Shown: positions 13,701 to 28,735 of the stretch, piece after piece
How positions within the stretch are numbered: the first letter of the stretch is position 1
How the letters are laid out: every line of letters starts with the position of its first letter
From: Octopus vulgaris
Lineage: Eukaryota
Direction: 5' to 3'
Assembly (NCBI GenBank): GCA_951406725.2
Contig: OX597840.1
Coordinates: 19,468,001 to 19,532,000 of the forward strand
Length of the DNA stretch: 64,000 nucleotides
Position numbers and translations under genes: made by a program
Notes under the pieces: generated by a model
Databases searched by the model: none
Told to the model about the DNA's origin: nothing
What the model saw: only the letters and a program-made list of their open reading frames with translations

Positions 13701-13845
13701 ATGTATGTATGTATGTATATATATATATGTATATATATATATCTATATGTATGTATGTATATATATATCTATATCAATCTATCTATCTATATGTATGTAT
13801 ATATATATTTATATATGTATATATATATATACATGTATATATATA

Positions 13846-14212
13846 CTAGCAGTATCGCCCGGCGTTGCTCAGGTTTGTAAGGGAAATAACTATAAAGCAT
13901 TTGTAGAGAGTTATAGCCAAAAAATAGCAAAAAAATGGAAAAAATGATGGTAAATTTTTTTTTGAGATTTAAAAAAGGTTGAGTTGCGTCCCCTAGACAG
14001 TTTGTGGTTCGTGTTTCTGATTCTCGACCCCATGTCGAATTTATCGATTTTTTTCAGAATTGGGGGAACTTTTCAAAATTTTTGCTGCGTTAGTTTTGAA
14101 TTATGACATTGGGCTATGTGTGTGTCAAGTTTCATCAGAATCGGTTGAAAGCCGTGGTCAGGGTGAGGGTACAACCTGACAGACACACAGACACACAGAC
14201 AGACAAACTGCC

Positions 14213-14216
<4 letters not shown>
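13846..14216 (-). mobile_element. Non-autonomous Helitron-like element
   Basis: Minus strand ends ...cctgagcaacgccggg-cgatactg-CTAG|t (subterminal hairpin + CTAG). Its 5' end carries tatataaacggcag and (ctgt/gt) repeats; it is embedded in TA. Confidence 0.65.
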
Positions 14217-14255
<39 letters not shown>

Positions 14256-14569
14256 CATACATACATACATACATACATACATACACGCATACATACATAC
14301 ACACACACATACACACATACATAGACATACATACATACATACATACATACATACATGCATACATACATACATTGTATGTATGTTTTGTGATGTCCCCTCC
14401 CCCTGCAGATCGTGGCTGTGAGACATAATTGACCACCTGCCTCGTGTGACATGACGTTGCTGGTTTTGTGTAAAGCAGGAGAAAAACGTGTCGACATCTC
14501 CTTTGCAAATGTTTTATAGGACAAGCATTCAGCACTTAGATAGATATCTCCTTTTCCATTATGAGAGGA

Positions 14570-14927
<358 letters not shown>

Positions 14928-15247
14928 TAAAGCTCTACATTTGTATTTGTCCCCTCTGTGTTCAGCCCTATCTACCTACATGTGTGTTTGTAAGTATGTA
15001 TGCGTTTGAGTCTGTGTGTGTATATATATGCCTGTGTTCTCTTTCCCCTTTTTAATTCAGAGTAAGTCTTGACCCGTCACCTGCTTGGTTAGCAAGGTTG
15101 TGAAGAAAAGCATCTGGTTTTTAACCATCATTCTTTAAATCTTAAGAACACTCATATAGCCGCAGATATCACGCTCATCTGTAGAGTGCGTATGTATGTA
15201 TGCGGATATATATACACACACACATACACACGTACATACATGCATCG

Positions 15248-15407
<160 letters not shown>

Positions 15408-15689
15408 TTCTTTACCCTTCTTTCTCTCTATTTACACACATACACACATATATATATATATATGGATATATGTATGTATACATTTATGTTTGTATATATA
15501 TGAATGTATGTATGAGTGTGTGTGTGTACGTTTGCATGTAAAGGGAAAGGAGGCGTAAATGAGGTGAAAGAAAGGAAGGACGAAAGAAAGAAAGAAAGAA
15601 ATGATGCCATTAAGAGACTGATTGGATGTTGGGGAGATGACGAAATAATACCCAGGGATGTAGGGGGTATGTGTATGGGTATGTGTGAA

Positions 15690-15720
<31 letters not shown>

Positions 15721-15830
15721 TTGTGTGAGTATGTTTGTATGTACGTGTTTGTGTGCTTTCGTATAGGTTTGTGTGAGTGTGTATATGTGTGGGCATGTGT
15801 GTATGTATGTTTTGCATGTATATATTGTAT

Positions 15831-15924
<94 letters not shown>

Positions 15925-15925
<1 letters not shown>

Positions 15926-16095
15926 TTTTTTCTCTCCTTGTTTCTCTCCTTGTTTTTTTCTGTGTCCCTTTCTGTAGAAGAGCGTAGGCTCGAAACGTAA
16001 AAGACTTTTTCTGTTCCTGAGCGTTATACTAATACATCTGTTTGTTTTCTACACCACCTGTCTTCGTCTTTTGTTTTTTTTCGTAAACTCTCCAC
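15925..16095 (+). mobile_element. Family A mini-element, hammerhead-like motif 15968-16003
   Basis: cttt-CTGTAGA-a-gagc gtag gctc-GAAA-CGTA-aaag. Confidence 0.75.
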
Positions 16096-16512
16096 GCTGA
16101 CTACTGATAATTTCTTTTAAAGATTTTATCCTCAATTGTTAATTTATATTTTTCACCGGAATAGTTCAATACTGAATTTTTATTCCGACTAGACAATTTG
16201 GTACCGAAATGCATTGCGAATAAGCCCGCCATTTTCATAGATATGTAAAGATAAACATTCGTACATGCTACGACGAATTCTACGGTTGGCTATGTTATGT
16301 TTTCTCTTATATTTCTTGAGTTTGTTGCACTGATGAACATGAAATGCATATTATGCATTAAATGCGAAATCACATGTGATATGTAACTGAATTCTTTTTT
16401 AAAATGATGTGTTTTCAAGTTTTGCTTTCGGTAAAATTTTGTTTATTTTTAGTAGTTTTGACCGCATTGGTCCCTCTTAGCGTGTTGGTATCTACGAATA
16501 GTAGTACCCTCA

Positions 16513-16606
<94 letters not shown>

Positions 16607-16660
16607 TATTTATATATATATATATAATGTGTGTGTGTGTGCGATGTGTGTATACACACA

Positions 16661-17835
16661 TACGAGGGGGTACCCAAAAGAAACCAGAGTTTTGCAATTT
16701 TATTTTTATTCCCTTAGTTTTCCAGGTTTACACTTTTATTGCCTTCAAAGAATTCTCCATTGGAAGCAATGCCTCGGTCCAGGCGCATTTTCCACTGTTC
16801 GTAGAGCAGTCCTGGAACTCTTGCGAAGTGATGATTTTTAATGCCTCCATCATTTGTTTCTTCACCTCTTCCTCATCTGCAAATTCCTTGGCACCAGCTT
16901 CCGTCCCCAGTGATGACCTTCGAAAAAAAAGGTCCGGATCAACTTTCAACCGTTCTGTCAGTTCACGCCATGCTCATTCAGTCGTGACGGCTTTTGATCT
17001 TCCGAGAGCAAACGAGGCACAAATTTTGTTGCAGCTCTTCATACGCAATTCCTCGCTCAAAATTTAACGGTAGGAGTTCCAGGACACACCAGCCATATCC
17101 ACAAGTTCCTCAGTTGTTTATTTTTTTGGCGAGGGTCCTCCACAATCAGTTCATGATGTTTTCATCCATTTGGGAGGTCGACGGTCATTTTGAACAAGAT
17201 TGGTCTTCAAACAACAAGTGACCAAAGCGTGGAAAATACTCGTGGACTTGTGTTTTGCTCATGGCAGGGTCCTTGTAAGCTGTTCGAAGCATGACAACTG
17301 CTTCGGCTGCCGTTTTCCTCAGCAGGAAACAGAATTTCATGGAAGCAGCGAGCTGGCAGAAACGTTAGCACGCCGGGCGAAATGCGTAGCCGTATTTCGT
17401 CTGCCGTTACGTTCTGAGTTCAAATCCCGCCGAGGTCGACTTTGCCTTTCATCCTTTCGGGGTCGATAAATTAAGTACCAGTTACGCACTGGGGTCGATG
17501 TAATCGACTCAATCCGTTTGTCTGTCCTTGTTTGTCCCCTCTGTGTTTAGCCCCTTGTGGGTAGTAAAGAAATATGTTTGAAGCCTGACAGCTGTTTCGG
17601 CTGCCGTTTTCCTCAGCAGGAAACAGAATTTCATGCAAGCATGTTACTCCTTTGTTTCGGGTATCGCAAAAATCGACGAACAGAGGAGAAGCAGTGCAAA
17701 ACAAAGACGCACCATGTGACAGTAAGACTCCACACTACGGTACCGGACGGCAGACTGATGCCTGAGGGTCGCATAGAGTAGCTTTTAGCGTCGGAAGCCT
17801 GAACTGCAAAGGGCTTGTCTCACCTTGAACATGTG
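16661..17835 (-). mobile_element. Internally deleted, decayed mariner transposon interrupted by a SINE
   Basis: Terminus TA-cgaggggg. Minus N-term ...ACMKFCFLLRKTAAETVVMLRTAYKDPAMSKTQVHEYF.RF; C-term FADEEEVK...ALK.I..QEFQDC. Right boundary approximate. Confidence 0.7.
17343..17575 (+). mobile_element. SINE family 2, single unit
   Basis: Same consensus as 5224-5460; flanked by a ~55-bp duplication. Confidence 0.85.
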
Positions 17836-17955
17836 CCTTCATGTGTGGGTTCATGCTTTATGTCTGTATGTCTGTATGTATGTAAGTCCCCTAGTGGGTC
17901 CGTCCGTACGCCGGTAAGTACACACACACACACACACACACACAACACACATATA

Positions 17956-18308
17956 TTCTTTTACTTGTTCCAGTCATTTGACAGCGGCCATCCTGGAGCA
18001 CCGCCTTGAGGGATTTTAGTCGAGCAAATCGACCCTAGGACTCATTTTTTAAAAAGCCTAATACTTATTCTATCGAGATCTTTGTCGAGCCACTATGTTA
18101 CGGGGACGTAAACACACCAACACCGTTTGTCAAGTGGTGGTGGGGGCCAAAAACAGATACTAACACACACACACACATACACATCCGCTCACAAGGTTTT
18201 GGTCGGCCTGAAGCTATAGAAGAAGACACTTGCCCAAGGTGCCACGCAGTGGGATTGAACCCGGAACCATGTGGTGGGGAAGCAAGCTTTTTACCTTACA
18301 GCCACCCC
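17956..18308 (-). mobile_element. SINE family 1 (diverged)
   Basis: Consensus match with an internal deletion. Confidence 0.8.
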
Positions 18309-18317
18309 TATATATAT

Positions 18318-18356
<39 letters not shown>

Positions 18357-18629
18357 GATATATACATACGTATATATATATGTGCATGTGTGTGTATGCG
18401 AATGCGTGTATGTGTCTATATATGTATGTATATAATATCTATACATGTATCTATGTGAGTATAATTATGTATATATGTGTGTATATGTGTACGTATGCGT
18501 ATATGCATGTGTATGTTTGTGTATATGTCTATATGTATGCGTATATTTTTATGTATATATGAACGTGTGTATGTATAAGTATGTGTGCACTTGTATGTAT
18601 ATGTATGCGTATATATGTATGCATACGTG

Positions 18630-18755
<126 letters not shown>

Positions 18756-19029
18756 TCCATATGTATGCATGTATGTATATATATATGTATATGTATATAT
18801 ATATATATTCGTACGTGTGGGTAAACCCAATAAAAGTAAACGCGTTCCCACGATCCCGTTTATCTCTCCCACCCGTCCACCCGTGCCATGCCACCCCGCT
18901 GTCTTTGTTATTACATTTTACAGACTCCTTGTTTACACACTTGCTACCCTCACATCACTAACGGGTGGCGGGTGGGAGAGGGGTGGAAATGGGGTGGGGG
19001 GGCCGGCCGACACTCGTGGTATTGGGGGA

Positions 19030-19610
19030 TGATGATGGCAGTGGCGGCGGTGGTGGTGGTGGTGGTTATGCTGGTGGTGGTGGTGCTGGAGGATGATGTT
19101 GCGTTGAAGAGATAGCGTTTGGTAATTGTTGTGGTGTCGGTGATGTAGTGGTGGTGGTGGTGGCAGTGGTGTTTTTTGGTGATGGTGGTGGTGGTAGTGT
19201 TGTTAGTGTTGTGGTATTCATAGCGGTAGTAGTGTTGTTGGTGGTGGTGGTAGTAATAGTGGTGGTGGTAGTAGCGGTGGTGGTGTTGATGGTAATAGTG
19301 GTGGTAGTAATGGTGGTGGTGGTGGTGGTGGTAGTAGTGGTGGTGGTGGTGGTGGTGGTAATGGTGGTGGTGGTGTTGATGGTAATAGTGGTGGTGGTGG
19401 TGGTAGTAGTGGTGGTGGTGGTGGTGGTAATGGTGGTGGTGGTGCTGATGGTAATAGTGGTGGTGGTGGTAGTAGTGGTGGTGGTGGTGGTGGTGGTGAT
19501 GGTGGTGGTGGTGGTGGTGATGATGCTGGTGGTGGTGGTGGTGGTGGTGGTGGTGGTGATGCTGGTGGTGATGCTGCCGGTGGTGTTGGTGGTGGTAGTG
19601 TTAGTGTGAG
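19030..19610. repeat. (GGT)n degenerate trinucleotide repeat
   Basis: Direct reading. Confidence 0.9.
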
Positions 19611-19967
19611 GGGCGGGATTGGTGTCGGTAGGAGCAATGGCACTTGCAGTGTTGTTATTGTTGTTGTTAATTGTTATCACACTTAATGTTTTTGTTGTTG
19701 TTGTTGTTGTTGCCTGTCAGCTGCGACCGTTTGGTCACGTTCCTCCTCGATTTTCTTATTCAGATCCTGAATACCGAGTTCTCTTCTCCGAGGATCCGGC
19801 TTCAACGCACGGCCCAAGGTAACCACGCAGTGGGAACGAACTCAAAATCCCGTGGCTGCAAACTGAATCCCTTAATCACAAAACCATGACTGAGACAAAG
19901 AGTGTTCAGACTTTCTGAGGGATATTTCTGTTGTTACTGTCAATGAAGACGGCGAAGTGGCACAATC

Positions 19968-20424
<457 letters not shown>

Positions 20425-20449
20425 AATCCAGAATCTTCCGTTTAGTTAT

Positions 20450-22152
20450 AGGGGTTCTCATCAGAGTCCATATGGTTCCTGAGGGTCCATGTTCGACTTT
20501 TTGGGTCCACGCAACAAAATAGTAAATTGGGGATCCGCAATTATATTTTAAGGGCCCCTGGAAAACTTTTGCTTTAGATGTATTGTATTGACATGTTTTG
20601 TGGAGGCACGTGGCTTAGTGGTTAGGGTGTCAGCACCATGATCGTAAGATTGTGGTTTCGAATCCTGGACCGGACGACGCGTTGTGTTCTTGAGCAAAAC
20701 GCTTCATTCCACGTTGCTCCAGTCCACTCAGCTGGCAAAAATGAGTAACGCTGCGATTGACAGGCGTCCCGTCCAGTTGGGGAACACATACGCCATAGAA
20801 ACCGGGAAACCGGGCCCATGAACCTGGGTAGGCTTTAAAAAGGGCGCATTTATTATTTTTTTATTGGTATGTTTTGCAAGAAACATCCAGGTTTCTTTCT
20901 CTAACATTTTACATACTTCAACATGTTCAAGATAATGTGGGGAATTTTGAAAGAAGTTTCTATGAAACTAGTTTAAAACATCGAATGATTATGGAAGTCC
21001 ACCAGAAAGAGATAGTAATGAAAAGGGTCTATAGACAAAAAATGATTGAGAACCCTTGATTTAGATGTATGTATTGGCATGTATTGCAAGAAACAGCTGG
21101 GTTTCTTTCTTTGACATTTTACAGAGATTAACCGACACAAGTGAATGTGTGAAAAACGAAATAGAAATTTTATAAGAAGTTTCTATGGAACTAGTTTTTA
21201 GACGTAGAATGGCAATGGAGGGTCCACCAGAATAAAATAATAATCAAAGGGTCCATAGATATAAAAGTGGTTGAGTACCCCTGGTATAGATGTATGTAGC
21301 GGTTTATATTGGAAGAAACAGTTAGGTTTCTTTAACATTTTACAGAGTTCAACCTACACAAGTTGTGAAACACAAAATAGGAATTTTATAAGAAGTTTCT
21401 ATGGAACTAGTTTTTAGACATAGAATGGCAATGGAGGGCCCACCAGAACAAAATAATAATCAAAGGGTCCATAGATATAAAAGTGGTTGAGTACCCCTGG
21501 TATAGATGTATGTAGCGGTTTATATTGGAAGAAACAGTAAGGTTTCTTTAACATTTTACAGAGTTCAACCTACACAAGTTGTGAAACACAAAATAGGAAT
21601 TTTATAAGAAGTTTCTATGAAACTAGCTTTTAGACGTAGAATGGCAATGGAGGGTCCACCAGAATAAAATAATAATCAAAGGGTCCATAGATATAAAAGT
21701 GGTTGAGTACCCCTGGTATAGATGTATGTAGCGGTTTATATTGGAAGAAACAGTAAGGTTTCTTTAACATTTTACAGAGTTCAACCTACACAAGTTGTGA
21801 AACACAAAATAGGAATTTTATAAGAAGTTTCTATGGAACTAGTTTTTAGACATAGAATGGCAATGGAGGGCCCACCAGAATAAAATAATAAACAAAGTGT
21901 CCATAGATATAAAAGTGGTTGAGTACTCCTGGTATAGATGTATGTACTGGTATATATTGGAAGAAACAGCTAGGTTTCTTTAACATTTTACAGAGTTTAA
22001 CCTACACAAGTTGTGAAACACAAAATAGGAATTTTATAAGAAGTTTCTATGGAACTAGTTTTTAGACATAGAATGGCAATGGAGGGCCCACCAGAATAAA
22101 ATAGTAATGAAAAGGGGTCCATAGATAAAAGAGTGTTTGAGAACCCTTGTTT
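20450..22152 (+). repeat. hAT-MITE-derived tandem array, ~6 units of 216 bp
   Basis: Unit starts at 21285, 21501, 21717 and 21933 (exact 216 period), plus two diverged units near 20573 and 21059. Each ends in TIR-like ggttgagtacccctg / attgagaacccttg; left TIR-like taggggttctca near 20449. Confidence 0.85.
20600..20850 (+). mobile_element. SINE family 3 (head a + tail X) inserted in the first satellite unit
   Basis: ggaggcacgtggcttagtggttaggg...ggtttcgaatcc (A/B boxes); tail gcgtcccgtccag...gaaaccgggaaaccgg. Confidence 0.8.
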
Positions 22153-22247
22153 TAGTACTAGCGAATGTTAAAAATTATCTGCACTTTCGCCAAAACTTTC
22201 TTTAGATTGACCGCATTCCATTCAGTATTCGCATGATGAAAGGTGGT

Positions 22248-22639
22248 GGATGGAAGCACTCCGTCGGTTACGACGACGAGGGTTCCGGTTGATCCGAATC
22301 AACGGAACAGCCTGCTCGTGAAATTAACGTGTAAGTGGCTGAGCACTCCACAGACACGTGTACCCTTAACGTAGTTCTCGGGGATATTCAGCGTGACACA
22401 GAGAGTGACAAGGCCGGCCCCTTGAAATACAGGTACAACAGAAACAGGAAGTAAGAGTGAGAGAAAGTTGTGGTGAAAGAGTACAGCAGGAATCACCACC
22501 ACCATCCCCTGCCGGAGCCTCGTGGAGCTTTTAAGTGTTTTCGCTCAATAAACACTCACAACGCCCGGTCTGGGAATCGAAACCGCGATCCTATGACCGC
22601 GAGTCCGCTGCCCTAACCACTGGGCCATTGCGCCTCCAC
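22248..22639 (-). mobile_element. SINE family 3 (head b + tail Y), TSD tgaaaggtggt
   Basis: 11-bp TSD at 22237-22247 and 22640-22650. Near-identical to 60635-61015. Confidence 0.9.
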
Positions 22640-22816
22640 TGAAAGGTGGTACTCGTGTGGTTACATAACTGGGGTTTGATTCTGATCGCTCCAGTTTTTC
22701 CTTGCCGCTCCGCTGGCCGTGTGTATCAAGGAAGAACGTAGATCAATGATCCGATTCCTCTGGTTCGAATTTGCGTCGGTGGCTGGATCGCATCGCAGGC
22801 TTTTCAATACATTACA

Positions 22817-23038
22817 CTCTCTTTCTCTCTTTTTCTCTCTTTTACTTGTTTCAGTCATTTGACTGCGGCCATGCTGGAGCACCGCCTTTAGTCGAGCAAA
22901 TCGACCCCGGGACTTAATCTTTTGTAAGCCCAGTACTTATTCCAACGGTCTTTTTTGCCGAACCGCTAAGTGACGGGGACATAAACACACCAGCATCGGT
23001 TGTCAAGCAATGCTAGGGGGACAAACACAGACACACAA

Positions 23039-23125
<87 letters not shown>

Positions 23126-23291
23126 TACGACGGGCTTCTTTCAGTTTCCGTCTACCAAATCCACTCACAAGGCATTGGTCGACCCGGGGCTATAGCAGAA
23201 GACACTTGCCCAAGATGCCACGCAGTGGGACTGAACCCGGAACCATGTGGTTGGTAGGCAAGCTACTTACCACACAGCCACTCCTGCGCCT
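22817..23291 (-). mobile_element. SINE family 1, full length
   Basis: Head ggcgcaggagtggctgtgtggtaag... through tail aaacaagtaaaagagag. Confidence 0.9.
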
Positions 23292-23420
23292 ATTTACTAT
23301 TTTGTTGCGTGGACCCAAAAAGCCGAACATGGACCCTCGGGGGGCCCATGTGGACTCTGGGTGAGAACCACTATAACTAAACGGAAAATTCTGGATTGTG
23401 CCACTTCGCCGCCTTCATTG

Positions 23421-23455
<35 letters not shown>

Positions 23456-23457
<2 letters not shown>

Positions 23458-24145
23458 GAGGTGTGTATGAGTGGATCGAGAAGCTTTTAAAATGGTCGGA
23501 CAAGTGTGAAGTATGAAGGGGTGAAGGCGTGTGGCTTAGTGGTTAGGGGCATTCAGCTCGCGATTGTAAGGTCGTGAGTTCGATTCCAAGCGACGCGTTG
23601 TGTCCTTGAGCAAGACACTTTATTTCACTTTATTGCTCCAGTCCACTCAGCTGGCAAAAAAGAGTTGTACCTGTATTTCAAAAAAGGGCAGGCCTTGTCA
23701 CACTCTGTGTCACGCTGAATCTCCCTGAGAACTACGTTAAGGGTACACGTGTCTGTGGAGTGCTCAGCCACTTGCACGTTAATTTCATGAGCAGGCTGTT
23801 CCGTTGATCGTATCAGCTGGGACACTCATCGTCGAAACCGACGGAGTGCTCCCAAGTATGAAGGGGGAAAATAGGACGGCCATCAACGTCCACTACTGAC
23901 GTGGAAATACAACAAGTTCCACAGATGGTTCCGGTGAACCGATGAGGGACCATTGATGAAGTGGAATGGTCTCTGCGAATTAGTCATGGTTCTGCATACA
24001 TCATTAACGATAAGCTTCCGTAAAGTCTGTGCTTGCTGGGGGCCAAGAGAGCTTCCCGATGCGCATGAGTGCAATCGTGTGGAGATTTGTCAACGGATCT
24101 CCACATTCGACCACCACAATGATAAAGACGAAACTTTTTTGCAGT
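23456..24145 (+). mobile_element. Decayed mariner transposase fragment interrupted by a SINE
   Basis: GVYEWIEK..NGRTSVKYEG / GRPSTSTTD..IQQV..MV..NR.GTIDEV..SLRISHGSAY...RKVCACWGPREL (WVPREL-like motif). Confidence 0.75.
23522..23853 (+). mobile_element. SINE family 3 (head a + tail Y), TSD aagtatgaagggg
   Basis: 13-bp TSD at 23509-23521 and 23854-23866. Confidence 0.9.
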
Positions 24146-24228
24146 TTTCTCATCAGTTCTACGTAGCTGTTCCCTTTCCCCCTAATTTTTGAAGAGATAC
24201 ACACATCCGCTGGGCATGTATGTATGTA

Positions 24229-24263
<35 letters not shown>

Positions 24264-25255
24264 ATGTATGTATGTATGTATGTATGTATCTATGTATGTG
24301 TATGTACGTATGTATATACATACGTCCGTATGTATGTATGCATGTATATATGGGTGTGCATGTGTATGTATGCACGTTTGTGTGGGTGTGTATATATGTA
24401 TGTATGTATGTATGAACGTATGTATGTATGTGCGCATGTTTGTATGTATATATGTATGCATGCTTCTATGTATGTATGTATGTATTTATGTATGTAATGT
24501 ATATATGTATGTATGTATGTATGTATGCATGTATGTATGTATTATGTATGTATGTATGCATGTATGTATGCATGAATGTATGTATGTATTATGTATGTAT
24601 GTATGTATGTATGCATGTATGTATGTATGTATGTATGTATGTATGTATTATGTATGTATGTATATATGTATGCATGCATGCATGTATGTATGTATTATGT
24701 AATGTATGTATGTATGTATGTATGCAGGTATGTATGTATGTATGTATGTATGTAAACACGCGCATGTATGTACATACGTATGTATGAGTGTGTATATGCA
24801 TGCATACCTGCACGTATGTATGCATGTCACAGTAAGGCTAGAACGGCAGGGATGGATAGACAGCAAGTGTTCCTAGGGTGGCGATTTAAAGGAAAAGAAA
24901 CCTTTATTATGTTGCCCCCCTGTATTTGCGTGTTGGGGTGGGGTGGGGGTGTAGGTATTATGATGGGGGTCTTTAGGGGGCTGGGGCATCGATGTTTAAC
25001 AAACTGTGCCGCTCCCTGTCACATGTGCAGGTGGTCTTTCATCTCTGGTCATTATTTTGGTTGCTTCGCACGCGCGCGCGTGTGTGTCCCTGTGTTGGGG
25101 GTTATGTACATGTGTGTGTGTGTGTCGTTTTCTGGTATGTATATATGTGTGTGTGTGTGTGTGTATGTGTGTGTATGTCACCAGTGGGTGTGGCACATCT
25201 GTGTGTGTAACTGTGGGTGTGGCATGGCAGATGTACATGCGTACATTTGTGTGTG

Positions 25256-25287
<32 letters not shown>

Positions 25288-25404
25288 GTATGTATATATA
25301 TATGTATACATATATATATATATAAATAGATAAATATATATATATATGTATATGTATATATATATATATGTGTGTGTGTGTGTATATATATATACATATA
25401 TGTG

Positions 25405-25436
<32 letters not shown>

Positions 25437-25529
25437 TATATGTGTATATATATATGTATATATATATATATATATATGACTGAACCAGGCAAAAGGTGTA
25501 TATATATATATATATACATATATACATAC

Positions 25530-25583
<54 letters not shown>

Positions 25584-25716
25584 ATATATATATGTGTATA
25601 TATATGTGTATATATATATGTGTATATATATATATATTATATATATATATATATAAATAAATAAATATGTGTGTGTATGAGTGTGTGTGTGTGTGTGTGT
25701 ATGAGTGTGTGTGTGT

Positions 25717-25752
<36 letters not shown>

Positions 25753-25880
25753 CCTGTTTTGGTGTAGGCGGTTAACAGCGTAAACATACGGGGCAATGTG
25801 GTCTTTCTCTATAAAACATTGAGGGGAAACAAAACAGTTGAAACAACAACAACAACAATAACAACAGCAGCAGCAGCAAC

Positions 25881-26240
25881 AGTGGAGGCGCAATGGCCCA
25901 GTGGTTAGGGCAGCGGACTCGCGGTTTCAATTCCCAGACCGGGCGTTATGTGTGTTTATTGAGCAAAAAACACCTAAAGCTCCACGAGGCTCCAGCAGGG
26001 GGTGGAGGCGACCCCTGTTGTACTCTTTCGCCCCAACTTTCTCTCACTCTTTCTTCCTGTTTCTTGTCCCCCGACTTCCTACGCAACCGCCGAGCCTGGG
26101 TGCGCATCCATCCATCCGTCGATGCTCTCGGTGTCGGGGGGGTTGACCTGCTTTCTCTTCTGCGGGTTTTACGAATAGCAAAGGACCACGTTTCCGACTT
26201 CTCCCATCTTGCGAGCTCTGGGACGAAGACCGCTTCGCTC
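25881..26240 (+). mobile_element. SINE family 3 (head b + distinct tail Z) in a (CAA/CAG)n tract
   Basis: Head gtggaggcgcaatggcccagtggttagggcagcggactcgcgg. The 3' part is unlike tails X or Y. Confidence 0.75.
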
Positions 26241-26559
26241 AACAGCAACAACAACAGCAGCAGCATTAACAGTGACCACAGCAACAACAACAAGAAGAAA
26301 AACAACAACAATCATAAAATTCGTGGATCTTGTTAAATATCTTCCAACCACTTTTTTAAAGTATTTCGAACTTTCACCAGATTTTCTTTTCCCGTTTTCT
26401 GCCCTGATTTGGTTTTAGCACGGTGCTCCCAATATTTTGGGTATTGTGGAAGAATAACCGATTTCTTGCAGATAAATTCTGGTAACGAAATCTTATATGA
26501 GACCTCTAAGCATCATATGGACCTCGGTTGAGGGTCACTGGTCTAGGGTTTTGGAATAA

Positions 26560-27110
26560 AGAATGCCAGGAAGTCACATGATAAAACAGTCGCAGTTCTC
26601 CTCTTCTCAGGAGTTACAAGCTCTCGTGAGGTCTTGTACTCGATATTCCACGATATGAACACGGTTACGATTTTACCACACTGCAAGCTCCAGAGATATT
26701 TCGATATTGCTATTAATTTCATTCAAATTTTTTTTCGTTCTTAAATAAATGCCTCTGCTGGTTATATCTGATCTTAAACGTGTTCATCGTAAGTCCCGCA
26801 TAATTCCTCTAAATTTTCACGATGCGAGTCACATTTACGCCAAGTAAAGCAGCTTTTGCGAGCACAATCCTTTAAGTATAAATTTTGGATGTTTCAAACG
26901 TGGTAAGGAGTGTCAGGAGATGGAACGAGGGGCCGGTACATGATTCTGATTCCGATCAGAGGTTGGAGTTGCGATGGTATCCAGTGTTTGCTACTTAGCT
27001 ACGGCAATGTTCTCCGCTTTTATTTTTCCGTGGTGGAAATTATCACAGCAGCGAGTCTCTCTGACTAGAGCCGTAGTGAACCACCGGCTTGTTCTGAATA
27101 TGTGAACTCC
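26560..27110 (-). pseudogene. Highly decayed Penelope-like linker/GIY-YIG fragment
   Basis: Minus: LKGLCSQKLLYLA...NYAGLTMNTFKIRYNQQRHLFKNEKK...AISKYLWSL...ISWNI. Multiple stops and frameshifts. Confidence 0.65.
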
Positions 27111-27946
27111 AGTATATAGATATATATGCTGTGTATTTTCTCGCTGTCATATCATGTAATCCTTAGGTCAAACACACGCACACACACACACACATATATA
27201 TAAGTGTGTATGTATGTGAATATGTGTTGTGTGTGTGTATGCACATAAATATATATATATATATATACTTATATATTCAAATAAAAACATATATATATAT
27301 ATATATACAAATATATATATATACGTATGCTTTTATTTGAATATATATGTATATATCTATATAAACATTTATATACATATACACATATGCATATAAATAA
27401 ATATATATATATATATGTCTATAAGTATTAAATAGCAACTTGATATTAATTTTGAAGTTTACAAATACACATTGTGCATTCGTAAATATTCTCTGATCTT
27501 GAATATACATACATAGATACATACATGCATGCATACATGCACACACAAAGATATATATACACTAACACATTATATTTAAACCATATTTCTTGCGACTCGA
27601 GTTTCACAAGGACCTTATGTATGTGTGCGTGAACGCTTGTACGTATGTATGTATGCTTGTACATATGCATACGTACATACACACACATACACATATATGT
27701 GCACACATACGTAAACACAAACACATGCACATCTAGATACATACCCCTTCACTCTCTCTCAATGTCTGTATACACACACGTACTCACCCGCAGATATAAT
27801 AATACATATATTCATATACATATGTATATGTATATATATATATGTATATATATATATATTTATATATATATATATAGGTTCATATATAATCATATATATA
27901 TATATGTGTGTGTGTATATATATATATACATATACACGCATATATT

Positions 27947-28005
<59 letters not shown>

Positions 28006-28013
28006 CATGCATT

Positions 28014-28070
<57 letters not shown>

Positions 28071-28076
28071 GCATAA

Positions 28077-28131
28077 TTGTTCCACGTCCTCGCGTTGCTG
28101 TGTTTTTTTCTGTGTTTTCTTGTTTGGATTA

Positions 28132-28136
<5 letters not shown>
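28077..28136 (+). mobile_element. Family B 3' tail fragment (others at 36277-36375(-) and 39557-39650(+))
   Basis: gttccacgtcctcgcgttg...ttttcttgtttggattaacttta followed by (TA)n. Confidence 0.7.
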
Positions 28137-28189
<53 letters not shown>

Positions 28190-28700
28190 TATATACACAT
28201 ACATATGTATATACACATACATATGTATATACATACATATATGTAAATATATATGCAGACATATATTTATGTGTGTATATATATATATATAAATATATAT
28301 ATATATATTTCTGTGTGTGTGTGTGTGAGTTTATATTTATATATGGATAGATGGACAGATAATTTATGCAGATAAATAGATTACGAAATTAGACATAAAA
28401 ATGTCGGCGGCCATAATGATGACAAACCGCCACGACGACGATGACGACGGCGATGTTATGTAAATGACATCAGAAATGTTAGAAATATGTTTAGATAAAA
28501 GGCATCCGGTTTCTGTGTCTTTGACGACGGCAGAGTGTCAAATATGTGTGCGTGCGCGCGTGAGGGAGTGTGTGTGTGTGTGGACGGGTGGACGGGTGGA
28601 GTTTGGGGGCTGCGCGCACGTTTGCTCTTCTTTGTATTTATGAGCGGAGTTATATATGTGGGATGTGAATGGACCCATTTGTTTACATGACATAACTATG

Positions 28701-28735
<35 letters not shown>

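Noticed and set aside
22560-22639. tRNA genes at SINE heads
   Set aside because: A/B boxes are present but there is no complete cloverleaf; they continue into SINE bodies with TSDs.
26417-26545. Possible degenerate hAT MITE
   Set aside because: TIR match is weak and there is no clear 8-bp TSD.
28390-28695. Possible promoter or enhancer (CpG-rich patch, YY1- and Fox-like motifs); E-box cluster at 6770-6870
   Set aside because: Short motifs are expected by chance and there is no associated gene.
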